Shown here in pieces: positions 41,237-55,170 of a DNA stretch of 64,000 nt. Below the pieces are notes generated by a model. The model ran no database searches and was not told the origin of the DNA. It was given only the letters and a program-made list of their open reading frames with translations. Source of the stretch: Octopus vulgaris (Eukaryota); contig OX597819.1 of NCBI GenBank assembly GCA_951406725.2, positions 1,798,001-1,862,000 of the forward strand, given 5' to 3'. The number at the start of each line of letters is the position of its first letter. Within the stretch, counting starts at the first letter, position 1. A program made the translations under genes and the position numbers.

Positions 41237-41536
41237 AAATAAAAGCTATTTCCAACATAATTTGGCTGTCCTGGAAGGGACGATGTTACTGTTGTTTTAG
41301 CCCCAAGAAATATCGTTTCCAGTTGGCCATACGACGCATTATCTGTTTCCTTATATTTTCGAACAGGGATTTCAGCATTCTGGGTTATTGCCCTTTATCA
41401 ACACAAAGTAGCTGCTTGGAAAGGTGGCGCTGCTGAATTCACCGTTCGAATATATCGATTTCAAAGTGACACACTGATATGATAAAATAGAAATATTATT
41501 TCTAAATCTTGAGAGATTTAGAAATAATAATATATG

Positions 41537-41605
<69 letters not shown>

Positions 41606-41614
41606 CTTTTATAT

Positions 41615-41790
41615 TATCTTTTATATCTTGTTTCAGTCATTAGACTGCGGCTATGCTATGGCATCGCTTTGAAGAATTTCAGTCGAAGGAATCAACGGCA
41701 ATACTCTTTAAAACCTGGTAGTTATTCTATCGATCCTTTTGCCGAACCTCTAAGGTATGGGGACGTAAATCCGGAACAATGTGGTTAGAA
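41615..41790 (-). mobile_element. SINE family B 3' half
   Basis: gtttcagtcattagactgcggctatgct..ttattctatcg..ttttgccgaac. Confidence 0.7.
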
Positions 41791-41922
41791 AACAACATTC
41801 TTACCACACACCCATTCCTGCACCTACATTATAAATATATGTATGCATACATATATGAGGGAGCCATAGAGAGAGAGAGAGACAGAGAGAGACAGAGAGA
41901 GACAGAGAGAGAGAGAGAGAGG

Positions 41923-41964
<42 letters not shown>

Positions 41965-44874
41965 GACAGAAACAGAGAAAGATAGACACAGACAGAGACA
42001 TAGAGAAACGCATACATCCCCCACGCATAAGCATGCGCGTAAAGATGTGTAGTTCTATAACCAATTGACTTTTTTAAAATAATCAATGTAATTACGTCTA
42101 CGTTCGAATTGAATGTTTTTGACACAGTTTTCGCTTGCAGAGCATTACGAATTAATATTTTGTTACAGAATATTGTATTTACAAAATAAGTTTAGAAAAT
42201 TCTATCTGAAATATGTTATCCTTTAAAAGACAGTTCTCTTTTTTTTGTAGCAAAATACTCAATTGCTGCTTTTAGTACGTATTCGCTATTAAAGTAAGCA
42301 TTAATGTGCTTACGAGAAAATCAATATTCATTCTCATCTTTACTTTAATTATTTTTCCCAAACACACAAAAAACATTAAGTGTTTTTATGAAACTCTTGA
42401 ATTTGCATAAGAGAAATTGTTCTAACTGTTGTAATTTTTCATACATTTCGTCATCTGCAAAACAACACTGTTGATACAGGAAATACATTATATAATTCAG
42501 TGTCATTGTTTTAATGATTATTTCACGATAGACACCTTTTATAATCAATTTTTATCAGGGTAATTTTAATTTAGTTTCTAAAATTAATGTACTTACTATA
42601 AATGTGAATTGTCTGTTTGCGGCCAACTTTTATTCCGAAATTTCAAAAGCAGCCATAAATATTATTTTATTCGGCCTCCCAGAAGCAACTTGTCTATAAC
42701 GTTTGTTTTCAAACCCCGAGCCACATCCTATTGTCTAGCATTTAGTTTCAGAAAAAGCAGTAAAATCTTCCTCAACCGTTCCCTACTGACTACAATGAAA
42801 GAAGTTGGGAAAATACAAAGGTGAAATGAAGTAATAATGACTAACATTCTTTGTAATTTCTCTCCTGTGTTGCTCTTGATTAATCGAAGAGAGATTCATA
42901 GAGAATAAAAGATACAAATGGAGAACCAAAGATAAATGAGTGATGGTGTTTGTATGGTTGGGTGACGTCAAACTCGTTGCTTTCCCTTTTCTTCAGATCT
43001 TCTTAACCCTTCCTCTCTTTTTTGGTTACCTTCCTTCTCTCCCGCTCCCTCACTATTTCCCCTCCTCTCTCCCCCTCTCTCTCTGACTCGCTTGCTCGAA
43101 GTAAGTAATTTACAATGAATTCCCTTTCAGAAAGAGTGCAACGTAACTTTCGCCCGAAACTGCATTCCATTGTCAGTAACTACCGAACAACAATTACAGA
43201 GTATTCAAAAATTAGCAGAGTTGCTGATAAATCTAAGATATATTTCATCTTATAAAATTTAGTCTGGTTAAAAATGGGCAACAGTCATTGATAGTGCAGT
43301 GACACCGATTTTCCACGCTAATTATATGTGTTTGAATCAACAATGGGGACTGATATGTGGTTGCATGATTTGTAAGAAAAAGTACAGTATGCAAATCACC
43401 CTCAGACCACTTAATGAAGTATGGTTCATTGTAGCTACACCTATCTCCCTCTACATACATTCTACTACCTCGTATAAATAGCAGCCTTATTTCCCTCAGA
43501 TAACACGCTATAGCCATACGCATGCTTATATGTGCTAATAAGCTAATAAGTGAAACATGGTAAGATACGTTAGCTAGACGTATCAGATACAGCAATCAGT
43601 TCTCCTTCAAGTCATTTTCTTCTATCTTATAATCCTTTGTTTCAAAAGCCGGATATCCACGGAACATTGCAACAGAGAAACATGAGAGAGAAGTTAATAA
43701 ATAAAGTTTGTAACCCGTTTAATCGAAATATCAATTAGGATATCAGATTTTTAGTTTGAATGCATTGCTTTAATTTGAATTTTTTAAGTTGGGGAAAACA
43801 ATTATTAGTATACTTAAATGCATTTCACCTACATCGGAGATCGACTTTGATGTTTTAAAAACGCTGAAATAAAACCAGTAATGCAGGGACGATGGTTCAA
43901 TCGACTCTGCCACTTCTCAACGTACATTAACATGGTGCCATGGTAAGAAATCAATATTTGCTACTTATTAATTTCCTTTAAAAAAAAGACCACTAAAATC
44001 AGTAGCAATATTCCATACTACCGCAAGCCCCCGTCCTATTGATTTGCATTTATCTGTTTGCATAATCATACAGCATTCTCAAGTTATTGATTAGGTTCAT
44101 GAATTATTGATTAAGCTCATAAATTTATGGGATTAGAACCGGTTTTCTCAATTCCAAAACTTTATGAGAGAGTTTTTTTCAATGTTTATAATTCATATTA
44201 GAACGAGGAAAAGGATACATAGTCAAAGCAGATTCAACTATATTTCATAAAGTATTAATAACTACAGTACTACTAAACTTGCAACAAGTTTTCTCGCCAC
44301 TAATTAAGTAATTATAATGAATATACTTAAAAATTAAGCAGCCGGCGAATTGGCCGAATCTGTAGAGCGTGGAACAAACTACTTTCCCTTTTTATTACCG
44401 CTCATTGCTTTCTGAATTCAAAACCCACAGACATTGGCTTTATGTTCCATCCTTCGATAAAGTATCAGCCCAGGGTGGTGGTTTGGTAGAATTGTTATGG
44501 TGTTGGAAAGTCAGAGTATTTGCTTCGGCTACTTTAGGATATGTCGTCTGAGTTTAACTCCGTCACATGTGCCTAGCTATAACACAATCACCTGCGCTCG
44601 AGTTTTCTCGTTAAGTTGAATTTGTTTCACGCATTCGAGACTAGTCGCTTGTCTGAGAATATCTTCATCCCTTCCAGCCACCCATCTGGGAGGCTCCCAA
44701 AGCGTAATAGATACTGTATTTCATCTCTGACTAAACTGTAAATAACAAAGCTAACTAAAGACGGGTGGGGCCTAAAGATTTATGTAATTTTATATAAAAT
44801 TTTTCCATTAATATTTCACACCAATTAAAACAGTCAAGTAACTAATTAAATATATATATACATATATACATATA

Positions 44875-45103
44875 CCGGAGTAAGCACATAAATGTGAAAC
44901 AAGGTGGAAAAAGAGTACTCAAATACTAGTGGTAGAATAATATGGTTTATTATCAAAAGCAGCAGAAATATCACAAAAACTGTTACTGACATTCCTGTTC
45001 GTTGGACAGGTTTGTTAGAATTTCTAACAAAACTGTCCGACGAACAGGAACGTGAAACTCTGAGTAACAGTTGTTGTGATATTTCTGCTGCTTTTAATAA
45101 AAT
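44875..45103. mobile_element. Penelope-type pLTR fragment with inverted partial copy
   Basis: 44955-45020 is the reverse complement of 45022-45095 apart from a small deletion. It contains the hammerhead and is flanked by (TA)n. Confidence 0.55.
45031..45072 (+). ncRNA. Type I minimal hammerhead (CCGACGA core)
   Basis: Reads aactgt CCGACGA ac aggaac gt GAAA ctc t gag TA acagtt. It has a 6-bp stem I, a 2-bp stem II, a quasi-palindromic stem III and a GUA site. Confidence 0.65.
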
Positions 45104-45106
45104 ATG

Positions 45107-45161
<55 letters not shown>

Positions 45162-45183
45162 GCATGTATATATATATATATGC

Positions 45184-45262
<79 letters not shown>

Positions 45263-46029
45263 GTATGTATAAACATATAAAATGTGGTTTCTATAATATT
45301 ATTGAAAGATCCGGATTAAGATTTTTAAAAGAATGTAGTAGCCAGTTCACGAAGCACTTCCAGTGTACATTGTAGCTCACCATAGGCTTCTGTTTTATGT
45401 CTGCTTTTCTTAAGCTAAGTTAAAAACCATGAAAGTTTTCTCATTTCTCTGTTGCTAGTAAATTGGAAATTCAAAAAGCTGTAATATAAAAAAGAACATT
45501 TCTTCTCAATTCAGAGAAATGAATGCAGGCACCTGAAACGTTGTGTAAATAAACTAAAAATTTAACACGATACTTCACTAATATCTAAAGCTACTGTCAC
45601 TCTGAGAGCAAAATACTGAAATATTTGTAAACAAAATAAATGCTTGAAGCAGAAATATTTTATTATTCATAACTTCAACTGAAATCAAATAAAATGCCAT
45701 TAAATTCTTTCATGGATACTGAAGATTAAGCATAGTTACATCACTTGAATTTAGCAACACTAAATATATCTTTGATAAATGAACTCGTTAAAAAGATCCT
45801 CGTAGAGGAGTGATGTAAGATATATAAGTTGTTTCTTATCCTCATTAAATATTTTCTTTCGTTTTATATATAAGCTCAGCATATCACGTTAAGTTACTTC
45901 AAGTGAAACTGTTTCGTTTACGAGATCAAGCGCGGTATTTCATTTATAAGCACTAAACGAAATTAAAAGATTTCTATAACCCTGACCAAAAGAATATGAT
46001 GAGCTAAGTTGGTTATTTTAATTCATGTT

Positions 46030-46402
46030 AGAAAATTGGGCGTCTTCTATTATAGACTCTGGCCGTCCAAATATTTGTGAGTCGATTTGGTTGATGGAAA
46101 CTGAAAGATGCTCGTGGTGTATGTGCATGTGCGTGTGCGTGTGTGTCTGCCTGCGTGTGTGCCTGTCTGCGTGCGTGTCTGCGTGTGTGAGTGTGTTTAC
46201 ATTCCACCACTGCTTAAGAACTGGCGGTGATATGTTTACGTTCCCATAACTTAGCGGTTTGGCAAAGAAACCGATAGAATAAGAACCAGATTTAGAGAAA
46301 AAGTAAAACGACAAGTATTGGGGTCGATTCATTCAACTAAAATTTCTTCAGAACAACGCCCCAACATGACCGCAGTCGCATGACCGAAACAAGTAAAAGA
46401 TA
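46030..46402 (+). mobile_element. SINE family B copy, 5' truncated
   Basis: Contains gatggaaactgaaaga, aacttagcggtttggcaaagaaaccgatagaataag and catgaccgaaacaagtaaaaga. Confidence 0.75.
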
Positions 46403-47204
46403 ATTCTCTCTTGATTTGTGGACTATTGTGAGAAGTACACGTTATTGCAATGGAACTTTCAGAATAGCTGTCTTACATGAATTAGGATTTATAAAATGAT
46501 AACGATTTAGAACGTTTGTTGCTGCACATAGAAATTCGGTGGCCGTTAAAGGGAAACTGCCCGACAGTTTCTATTCCCATTTTTAAAACAGTCGCTGAAT
46601 TCTTGCAAGGCTCTTATTCTGTTCTTTGTGATGAACCAAGAAACATCAAATATGTTATCTCATATATTATATGTTCACAAATTTCATTGAAGTTAATCTG
46701 CAACAGCGAGGAAGCCATCCCTCTCCACGTTTCTTCCCAAGTTACAGCTGTTCAAATGTAACATAAGCCGTCGTTAGTTCTTCCAGTTTCCGAGCCTCTC
46801 TGAATTGGAGAAGGAAAAGCGCATTTCAAAAGATGTCATTCAAGTATATTGTTTTCTGCTGGATACATTGCACAGTCACATGTCTGACAGACTTCAGGAT
46901 ATTTATTTTAGATTAAAATACCAATCTAGATGATTCCTAGATATCAGTAATGAGGAAACAAGAATTGGAGATGAAGAACAAGTTTCACTTCAAAATGACG
47001 TTGAGCTGACGCCAAAGTTCAGAAAATCACATCAGTATTTTTTTTATTGTAAAAGGATATTTCTAACTGATACTTTATTGCTTTCCCAGTATATTTTGCT
47101 GATCGGGGCTTCAGTGCAATTGCCCAGATTATTTCTGAGGAAAGAAACAAACTGAAAATTATTGAACGTACGAAAATTATTAACGTGGTTAATGGTAGGA
47201 TGTA

Positions 47205-47770
47205 TTGGGTTGTCTGGAAAGTTCTTGCCGATTTATAGTAGCTTACCTTTCGACTTATTTTAGAACATGGTTGAGTCCATAAAATAGGATTTGACTATAC
47301 CTTCGTTTAGAGCAAAGTTTAAGCTATCTTTTCATGGAAGACGGTTTACGTTCCTATAACCTGTGTTAATTCTGTAACCTTTTAAAATGAAAGATAAGAA
47401 AGTTCATTTTCGGCACTTGATGCTTTCGGAACCAGACAAAAATTGCTGCAGCTCGGCTGGGATGTGTTGCCCCATCATCCATATTCACCAGATATTGCTC
47501 TTTCAGATTTCCAATTATTCACGTCTCTGCAGAATAGTCTTAATGGTAAAAATTTCAATTCCTTGGATGACGTAAAAAGATACCTTGATGAATTCTTTGC
47601 CATGAAACCACCTCAATTCTGGGAAGAGGGTCTTTTCAAGTTAAAGAAAAGATGGAGATGCACTGTGCAACAAAATGGTTCATATTTGGTTGATTAAAAA
47701 TGTAATAGCATCTATTTATTGACATTTTTCTTTCCTTTAAAAATCGGCACCAACTTTCCGGACAACCCAA
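47205..47770 (+). mobile_element. Internally deleted mariner transposon
   Basis: TIRs ttgggttgtctggaaagttcttgccgattt / aaatcggcaccaactttccggacaacccaa with TA on both sides. Transposase N-terminus MKDKKVHFRHLML is joined to the C-terminus WDVLPHHPYSPDIALSDF..RW..NGSYL. Confidence 0.95.
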
Positions 47771-48374
47771 TATATTTACTCTTTTATTTTGTAAAAACAG
47801 CAAAATAATGTGTTAACTAGGTTAAGATTTCCTTGTGAAATACAGTTGAAGAGATCTATATTTGCGGCGCTAGTGTTGGGGTGCGCTTGGAATATGGCCT
47901 GGGTACCAAGGGAGCGTCAATCCGAATAGGTTTGGGAACCACTTATCTAGATCACTGAAATAGATGTTGGTGTACTTGTTTGTTTGTTTGTGTGTGTTGG
48001 CAGTGGTGGGGTGCGTGTGTTGGCATGGGGATGTTGTGTGTGCCTGCAGATACGTGAGAGATGGTATCGATATTTATGACTGACTATATATCCCTCTTTA
48101 TATACTGTATATTTCAGTGGTTCGACAAATAGAAAAGATATAAGACACGTACTGGGCTGGAATATACATACCCACGCGAATAAGTGACACTAGTAAAAGG
48201 CAAAAGAATTCTAAGAAATTCTAAGAAATATAATGTGTGGGTGTGTACGCACGCGGGTGCGTGTGTGTATACATGCATACAAACACGCATGAACACGCAC
48301 ACACACATACAAACACTTATAAGCATAATGCATGTGTAAGTATATATATATATACATATGTGTGTGTGATTGTA

Positions 48375-48422
<48 letters not shown>

Positions 48423-48471
48423 CAATCACACACACATATGCAGTATGATCTGATATATGTACATATGTTCA

Positions 48472-48645
48472 TGCGTGAATATATACATATGCATGCATGC
48501 ATGTATGTATGCATGTATGTATGTATGTACGTATGTATGTATGGGAATACATATATATATATATATGTATGTATTCCCATACATACATACGTACATACAT
48601 ACATGCATACATACATGCATGCATGCATATGTATATATTCACGCA
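48472..48645. repeat. Near-perfect palindrome centred on (TA)n
   Basis: tgcgtgaatatatac..gggaatacata (TA)n tatgtattccc..gtatatattcacgca. The arms differ by one 4-nt repeat unit. Confidence 0.9.
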
Positions 48646-49234
48646 GTAAAATTCCTTCAATAATAACACGCAACGTATCTTGATTTTGAAATTGCTTCTC
48701 TATCCCTCTATCACCCTTATATACTGCATTTATTTTACTCAGAAATCATAACATTTATTTCATCTTAGAGGAAATTGTTCGGCAGCGCAATCAGCTACTT
48801 CATTTATTTGTAATATCCGAGAATAACAGGCTATTTTCATTTCCTTCGCTGCTGCCTAACTACTGCTTCACTGACGCAAGCTTCGCATGTGAACGTAGAG
48901 ATTGTTTATATGCTGCGACGTTATTGTAAGTGTTCGGAAGCTTTGTGAATGATATATCCAACGAAAAATTTAAATGCAATTTTTATGAAGCATACGGATG
49001 ATGGTAATTCTTTTTCTCTATATAACGGATTGGTTAATAAATCGTTTAAATATACAATGCTGACGTCTACAAATGTAATGACGTTGACATTTCGTCAATG
49101 AAACATGTTTATTTAAAACCGGCGTCTTGCTCACTGAAATATCTCTGTTGAGAGCAAACGGTTGAGATAATGTAAAGAGCCACAAAGTTCAATAAAATCA
49201 CCTACATCCTTTATTAAGTACTTAATTTCTAATT

Positions 49235-49435
49235 TAGGCGGAAGGATAACACATTTTGAGAATGAGAGCTATGTCGGTAATCATCGACTTCCGTGCTTGA
49301 CAAATATTTTATTTTATTGGTCTCAAAAAGTTGAAATGCAAAGTTGACTTCGGCGAGATATGAACTAAAATTCTTAAAGAGCCGGAACAAATACTACGAG
49401 TTATTTTTCCAACGCTCTAACCAGTCTGCCAGCTC
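49235..49435 (-). mobile_element. Decayed SINE family A copy
   Basis: gaaatgcaaagttgacttcggcgagatatgaact..ctaaccagtctgccagctc. Confidence 0.65.
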
Positions 49436-49576
49436 ATATTTAACACTACTTACATAATGTATATTATATATTTTACACTACAAACGAATCGAATTCAGAT
49501 TATAGTCTGTCTCTCCTACATCTGTTTGCCTGTGTCTGAATATATGCGTGTATGTGTATGCATATCTATATATCTG

Positions 49577-49689
<113 letters not shown>

Positions 49690-51211
49690 GTCTATGTATG
49701 TTTTTGTCAGTTTGTCTGTTTGTCTTCTGTCTGTTTGTCTGTCTATTTATCCTTCTATCTATCTATTCCCTATGTGTGTATATGTGTGTGTGTGTGTGTG
49801 TGCGTGTGTGCGTTTATGCCTCAAAAATTTGCAACTTGTAAGTTATTTCAATAATTTAGAATTATTTTAGCTATGGATCGAAATTCACAGCAATTCATAA
49901 CTCTTGAATATTTTCTCTTTTGTTCAGTGAAAAATCAGTATAACTCAAAAAAATTATTTTCCATTGTTGTAAAAAGATATTCTTCCCGAATACTAAAATC
50001 TTAAAAATACATGCTTTATCGCAATCTTATAACTGCTTTAAGTAGAACTGAAAGAAAAGTAATGTAAGGTTTCTGTATTGTTAAGTGAATTTTCAATTTT
50101 TTTTCTACTCGTTTTTATAGATATCATTCTCGTATTATTCTGAAATATTATTAGAATTTTGATATATTTGTCATGTATGTCACAAAATTAGTAGTTTATT
50201 CTAGCGAAAGATATGTCACAATTACAGGAAATGATTACGTAAATTAGACTATACTGCAAAAATGCCATATGCCATTTCCTAAAGGCAAAAACATAAATGG
50301 AATTCGATGCCAGTTGTGCTGATAATTCTTTTGCGATCTAATGTTAAATTATATCTCCTTGTGAGTGCTTTTGCTGCGTTAGCTTCTACATTGACTGCTG
50401 CTGCTGCTGCTAGTGTCGCTGTTTCACACTTCTTATTCTCTAAATCCCTTTTCTACTACTATTGAGCAAAAGCAGCTGCTTTCTTTAGCGCTCCTCTCGC
50501 ACTCTATTATATGACTCATGCTGAATTGCTTTAAAATGATTTGAAGATCAGCTTCAATTAAACAGCAAGACCAGCTTCGTTTTTTTTTTCATTTCTTTAA
50601 AGCTGCGATATTTTAATGAGCAAACCATGTCTAAAGTTAAGTTCAACATCAAAATTGATGTAAATTTCATTTATTTCCATCATGTGGGATAAGCAGCTTT
50701 CTGAAATGTTGTTCATATATCAAGGTGTTCATAGGGAGTAGCAAGTATATCTAAAGGAGCTAGAAAGCTTGGAACGAACAGCTTGCAGCACTGAACACGT
50801 TACGTGTCTAAATGTTACTGTTCATTTGTACGTCGTCATAGAATGCATCGAAAGTAACTTCTAGGCTTTAGCAATCTTTTTTGTTCTTACAGGATGACGT
50901 CCCAAGTAAATCACGGATTTTCACTTCTATCGGTTTTCCTCTTTTTGGAATATTACTTGATTTTGATTAGAGATCTTATAACACAATTGCCACACACAAA
51001 CCACTTGTGAGTTTCTGGTTGTGAGTTTCTTTATTTCAAAGTGATATGACATAACAGTTCTATTGGACAAATTTGGAGTCGACTAGATCTTAGGAGAAAA
51101 TGATCTACCGGCTTATTTACTGTTAATATAAAACGGCAAATGTTTCCCGCTGTAGTCGTCAAGAAGGAATAATATCGCTGAGAAATGACACGATGATAAT
51201 TAGACTTCTAA

Positions 51212-51580
51212 ATATTCTTTTCTACTCTGGGCACAAGGCCCACAATCTTTCAGGAGGAGTCAGTCGATTAGATCGACCCCAATACGCAACCGATAATTAA
51301 TTTATCGACCCAGAAAGAATGAAAGGCAAAGTCGATCTCGACGGAATTTGGACTCAGAACGTAAAGACAGACGAAATACCTATTTCTTTACTACCCACAA
51401 TGGGCTAAACACAGAGAGGACAAACAAGGACAGAAAAACGGATTAAGTCGATTATATCGACCCCAGTGCGTAACTGGTACTTAATTTATCGACCCCGAAA
51501 GGATGAAAGGCAAACTCGACCTCGGCGGAATTTGAACTCAGAACGTAGCGGCAGACGAAATACCGCTAAGCATTTCTGGT
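51212..51580 (-). mobile_element. Dimeric SINE family A (two bodies, two different 3' tails)
   Basis: Two copies of tttatcgacc..gaaag.atgaaaggcaaa..ggaatttg.actcagaacgta are separated by the LINE-like tail at 51381-51445. Confidence 0.85.
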
Positions 51581-51966
51581 GGATACGTTTTGTAATCTAC
51601 AAGAACAATGAAGGAGTAAGAAACTGCAAAATTACAAAGAAAAGTACTCCAACGACATGTAGCACAGAGGCATTAGTCTTCCCTATGTAGAACTGCACTT
51701 GAATCACAATACAAACGTGAGCCTTCTAGGGCTTCATCTTATACCTTAATTCCTCACAAGTACTCTTAGCAGAAGCAGTATTCTGTACTTAGGGATGAAT
51801 TATGGAATTATGACTATCGGAGTTCTGAGAGCACTTATGTGACCCAGGAGGATGTTTTTTTTCGAAATTCATTATGTGTTATATCCATAAACACACACAC
51901 ACACACACCTACACGCATGCACGCACACACACACGCACGCACACGCACATACACAAAACTGCATGC

Positions 51967-51998
<32 letters not shown>

Positions 51999-52146
51999 CG
52001 TATAAACGAGGTGCTAATCCAAGCATGTTCTCTACATGTATATAATTATTTTTATTTTATTAGATTAATGATGGTAACAACATCAACAACAACGATGACG
52101 ACGACGACGTCGATGATAATGATGATGATAAAAAAGAAAAATAAAT

Positions 52147-52391
52147 CCGCCCTTTTTTAGAGCGTAGCCAGCCTCATGGACCTGGTTTCCCTCTTTCAAT
52201 TGCGTATGTGTTCCCCAGCTGGACGAGACGCCAGTCCATCGCAGCGTTACTCATTTTTGCCAGCTGAGTGAACTGGAGTAACGTGAAATGAAGTGTTTTG
52301 CTCAAGAACACAACGCGTCGCCCGGTCCAGGAATCGAAACCAAAATCTTACGATCATGATGCTGACACCCCAACCACTATGCCACGCACCT
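52147..52391 (-). mobile_element. tRNA-derived SINE (third family)
   Basis: Minus-strand head with A box TGGCATAGTGG and B box GGTTTCGATTCC, followed by gttgtgttcttgagcaaaacactt. Confidence 0.75.
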
Positions 52392-52703
52392 ACACGATGA
52401 TGATGATATGCATACAATTTTCGTTTTCCATCAACGTTGGAAGGCTTGCTGGCTCTCTCTCTCGCTCCAGAATAGTACTAGATAACTAAGTATTTATATG
52501 TCATTTTTCTCTTTCGCTTAGCCCCACGATCGTAGTTTGTACTAATGGAATCGTAAGAAGGAATTTAAATGTTAGATAAAATCATTCTTCTACTTCTACA
52601 TGTCAGAATAAATACGATTTTTAATCTGTTTTCTTGTTCTCAAGAAATTTCAGTTTAATTTTCTCATTGTGTTATACTTACATTTTCAACGTCGGGAAAT
52701 TGC

Positions 52704-53868
52704 TTTTTATAAAGGGATTTAACGTATTACATATAATTTAATTTGAGAATTAGTTTTGTTAAACTATACATTATTTAATAATTAGGTGGTATATTTATCA
52801 AGTAGTATTACATTTAAGTAAATTAGTTTTTATATTAATTAATATTTTGGCCAACTTTATTATTGTGTGAAATATTAAATCTATAGATACTATATATATA
52901 TTAATAATATAGTTAGATTATATAATGGGTTTGTGTATATTTGGACCATTTCCTATTTTTGATTCCAGTATTTATGACTTGTACTAGCATTGGGTATATT
53001 AATTAAGACGCTAATACCTATTTTGATACATTTAAAATCCAGTTATATTAATTTAATCGATAAGCTTAGTAACTTAGTTTGTTTATCAATATTATTTGGA
53101 TTTTGTATTATATTGAGTTTGATTGATGTTATTATTATTATTGTTAGTGACTGGATTTGTAGTGGACAGTCGGTTGTTGTTGAATGTCTTCATAGTGTAT
53201 TGTTCATTTGTTCTAATATTTTCGTACCTTTCTTTAATTTATGGGGCTTGGATGTTTTTCGTACTTTTCATTAGTAAATTGTTCTCGCCATTTTCATTGA
53301 TAATTTATTCTATTTCTTTACACAAAGACTTCATGCGTTTAATTTTCATAAACAATATATTATTTTACGTTTAAAATTCAGTTATATTATTTTCATCGAC
53401 AAGCTACGTAATAGTTTTTGCTTATAAATATTATTTGGCTTTTGAATTATATTGGGTTTGATTATTATTGTTATTATTATTGTTGTTGAAATATTATCAT
53501 GTTTATATATATTGATAGTTATAAGATATAATAGTTATTAATTATGATATTTATTTATTTAGAATGCTTTATTATTATTTTTATAAAGGGATTTAACGTA
53601 TTACATATAATTTAATTTGGGAATTAATTTTATTATTTAATAATTAGGTGGTATATTTATCAAGTAGTATTACATTTAAGTAAATTAGTTTTTATATTAA
53701 TTGCTATTTTGGTCAACTATATTATTAAGGGATATATTAAATCTATAGATACTACATATATATTAATTATATAGTTAGTTTATATAATGGGTATGTCTAT
53801 ATTTGGACCATTTCATATTTGTTATTCCAGTATTTATGGCTTGTATTAGCATTGTGTATATTAATTAA
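52704..53868. repeat. Diverged direct duplication (about 290 bp) in an extremely AT-rich block
   Basis: 52704-53005 matches 53578-53868, both starting ttttataaagggatttaacgtattacatataatttaatttg. Confidence 0.85.
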
Positions 53869-54000
53869 TTTGAAGGTTTTTAGTATTAATTGCTTAATGG
53901 GTATTAAACTGTATTTGGATGATAATTAAATAAATATATTAAGTAATAATGTATATAGTGTAGTGTTGTATTTAGTTTTCACTTTATGCATATTTTGTAT

Positions 54001-54068
<68 letters not shown>

Positions 54069-54177
54069 TAGATACATACATACATACATACATACATATT
54101 TTAAAGAATATATTTATATTTTAAAAGATTATTTACGTATATTTATTAATTAATTATTTTATTATTGTAGTAATTTT

Positions 54178-54281
54178 TAACCTGATGAATGGCTATATTT
54201 ATATTGCAGTGATTTTACAACTACTACTTATATTTTTACTACGATCATTTCTTAAATATAGCCCCCAAACACGTGTCGTTA
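54178..54281 (+). ncRNA. Degenerate hammerhead with long stem II
   Basis: Reads taac CTGATGA at ggctatattta..taaatatagcc cc CAAA cacgtg TC gtta. G12 is replaced by C, so it is likely inactive. Confidence 0.55.
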
Positions 54282-54879
54282 TTCTACAAAATATATACGT
54301 TTTATTGATTATTTTGCACATTACTTAATCATATTTTTTATCTTTATATTTAATATTTCTATTATATGTAATTTTCTAGATGGTGTAATTTAATTTTTCA
54401 TTTTGAATTTATAAAAGGTGTTTTGTTCTAATTTTATGTATATATTTTGTGAAATTTGATTTAGTGTTTGTAAATTGATTTTTTCCCTGTAAGTTTGGAA
54501 TAATATTTCCTCAAATTATTATATATATAGATATGCTGGAAAATTTAGTATATTTGTAATTCCTTGTTACACGTGTTTCACTGCAGTATAGGAAATACAT
54601 TAGGGGTAGGGTGCAAGCTCAAGTTCGAGTATTGCTATCGCCCGATCGAAAATTCCACACATGTGAAGGCTTCAACCTGTCATTTATGTGATATATCTTA
54701 CTTTACTTACAAGCGATGAATGATGATTTTTTTTATAGTGGGGAAAGGATTTGAACAGATCCAACCCCACTCTCTGAACATGAACAATATAAACTCGAAA
54801 AGAAGAACTGATATACATAATCGAATATTGTCAGTGCTGCAGTTATTTTTCTCAGAGTTTCCCTCTCCTAGAGAGATGT

Positions 54880-55170
54880 GACAACAAAAGAAGGACCTCA
54901 CATTCCCAGTGGGTCAGCCGTGTGCCTGGACACCAACCCAGGGATTTTCACGTCCCCGCGCATATATACATACATGCACACACACACACATGTAAACATA
55001 TTGCTGGATGGCCGTTCACTGTTCATGAGCTCTTCCACCCTTTCACGGGTCCCTTTTTCATCCTGCAAGGTATCCAACAATCACCTTCTTCTGCAAGCAA
55101 CCTTGATGAGGTTGCCAGTTTAGTTGCCGGCGACCCAACCATGCAACATGTTGTACTGGGTTACATGCTA
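54880..55170 (-). mobile_element. Second, diverged copy of the 29.7-30.2 kb repeat
   Basis: Shared blocks ggatggccgtt, tttttcatcc, ggttgcc.gtttagt.gccg.cgaccc.acc and gttgtactgggttacatg. Confidence 0.6.

Noticed and set aside
47870-47945. hAT/Charlie-like terminus ggtttgggaaccact
   Set aside because: Single short end with no partner TIR or TSD found.
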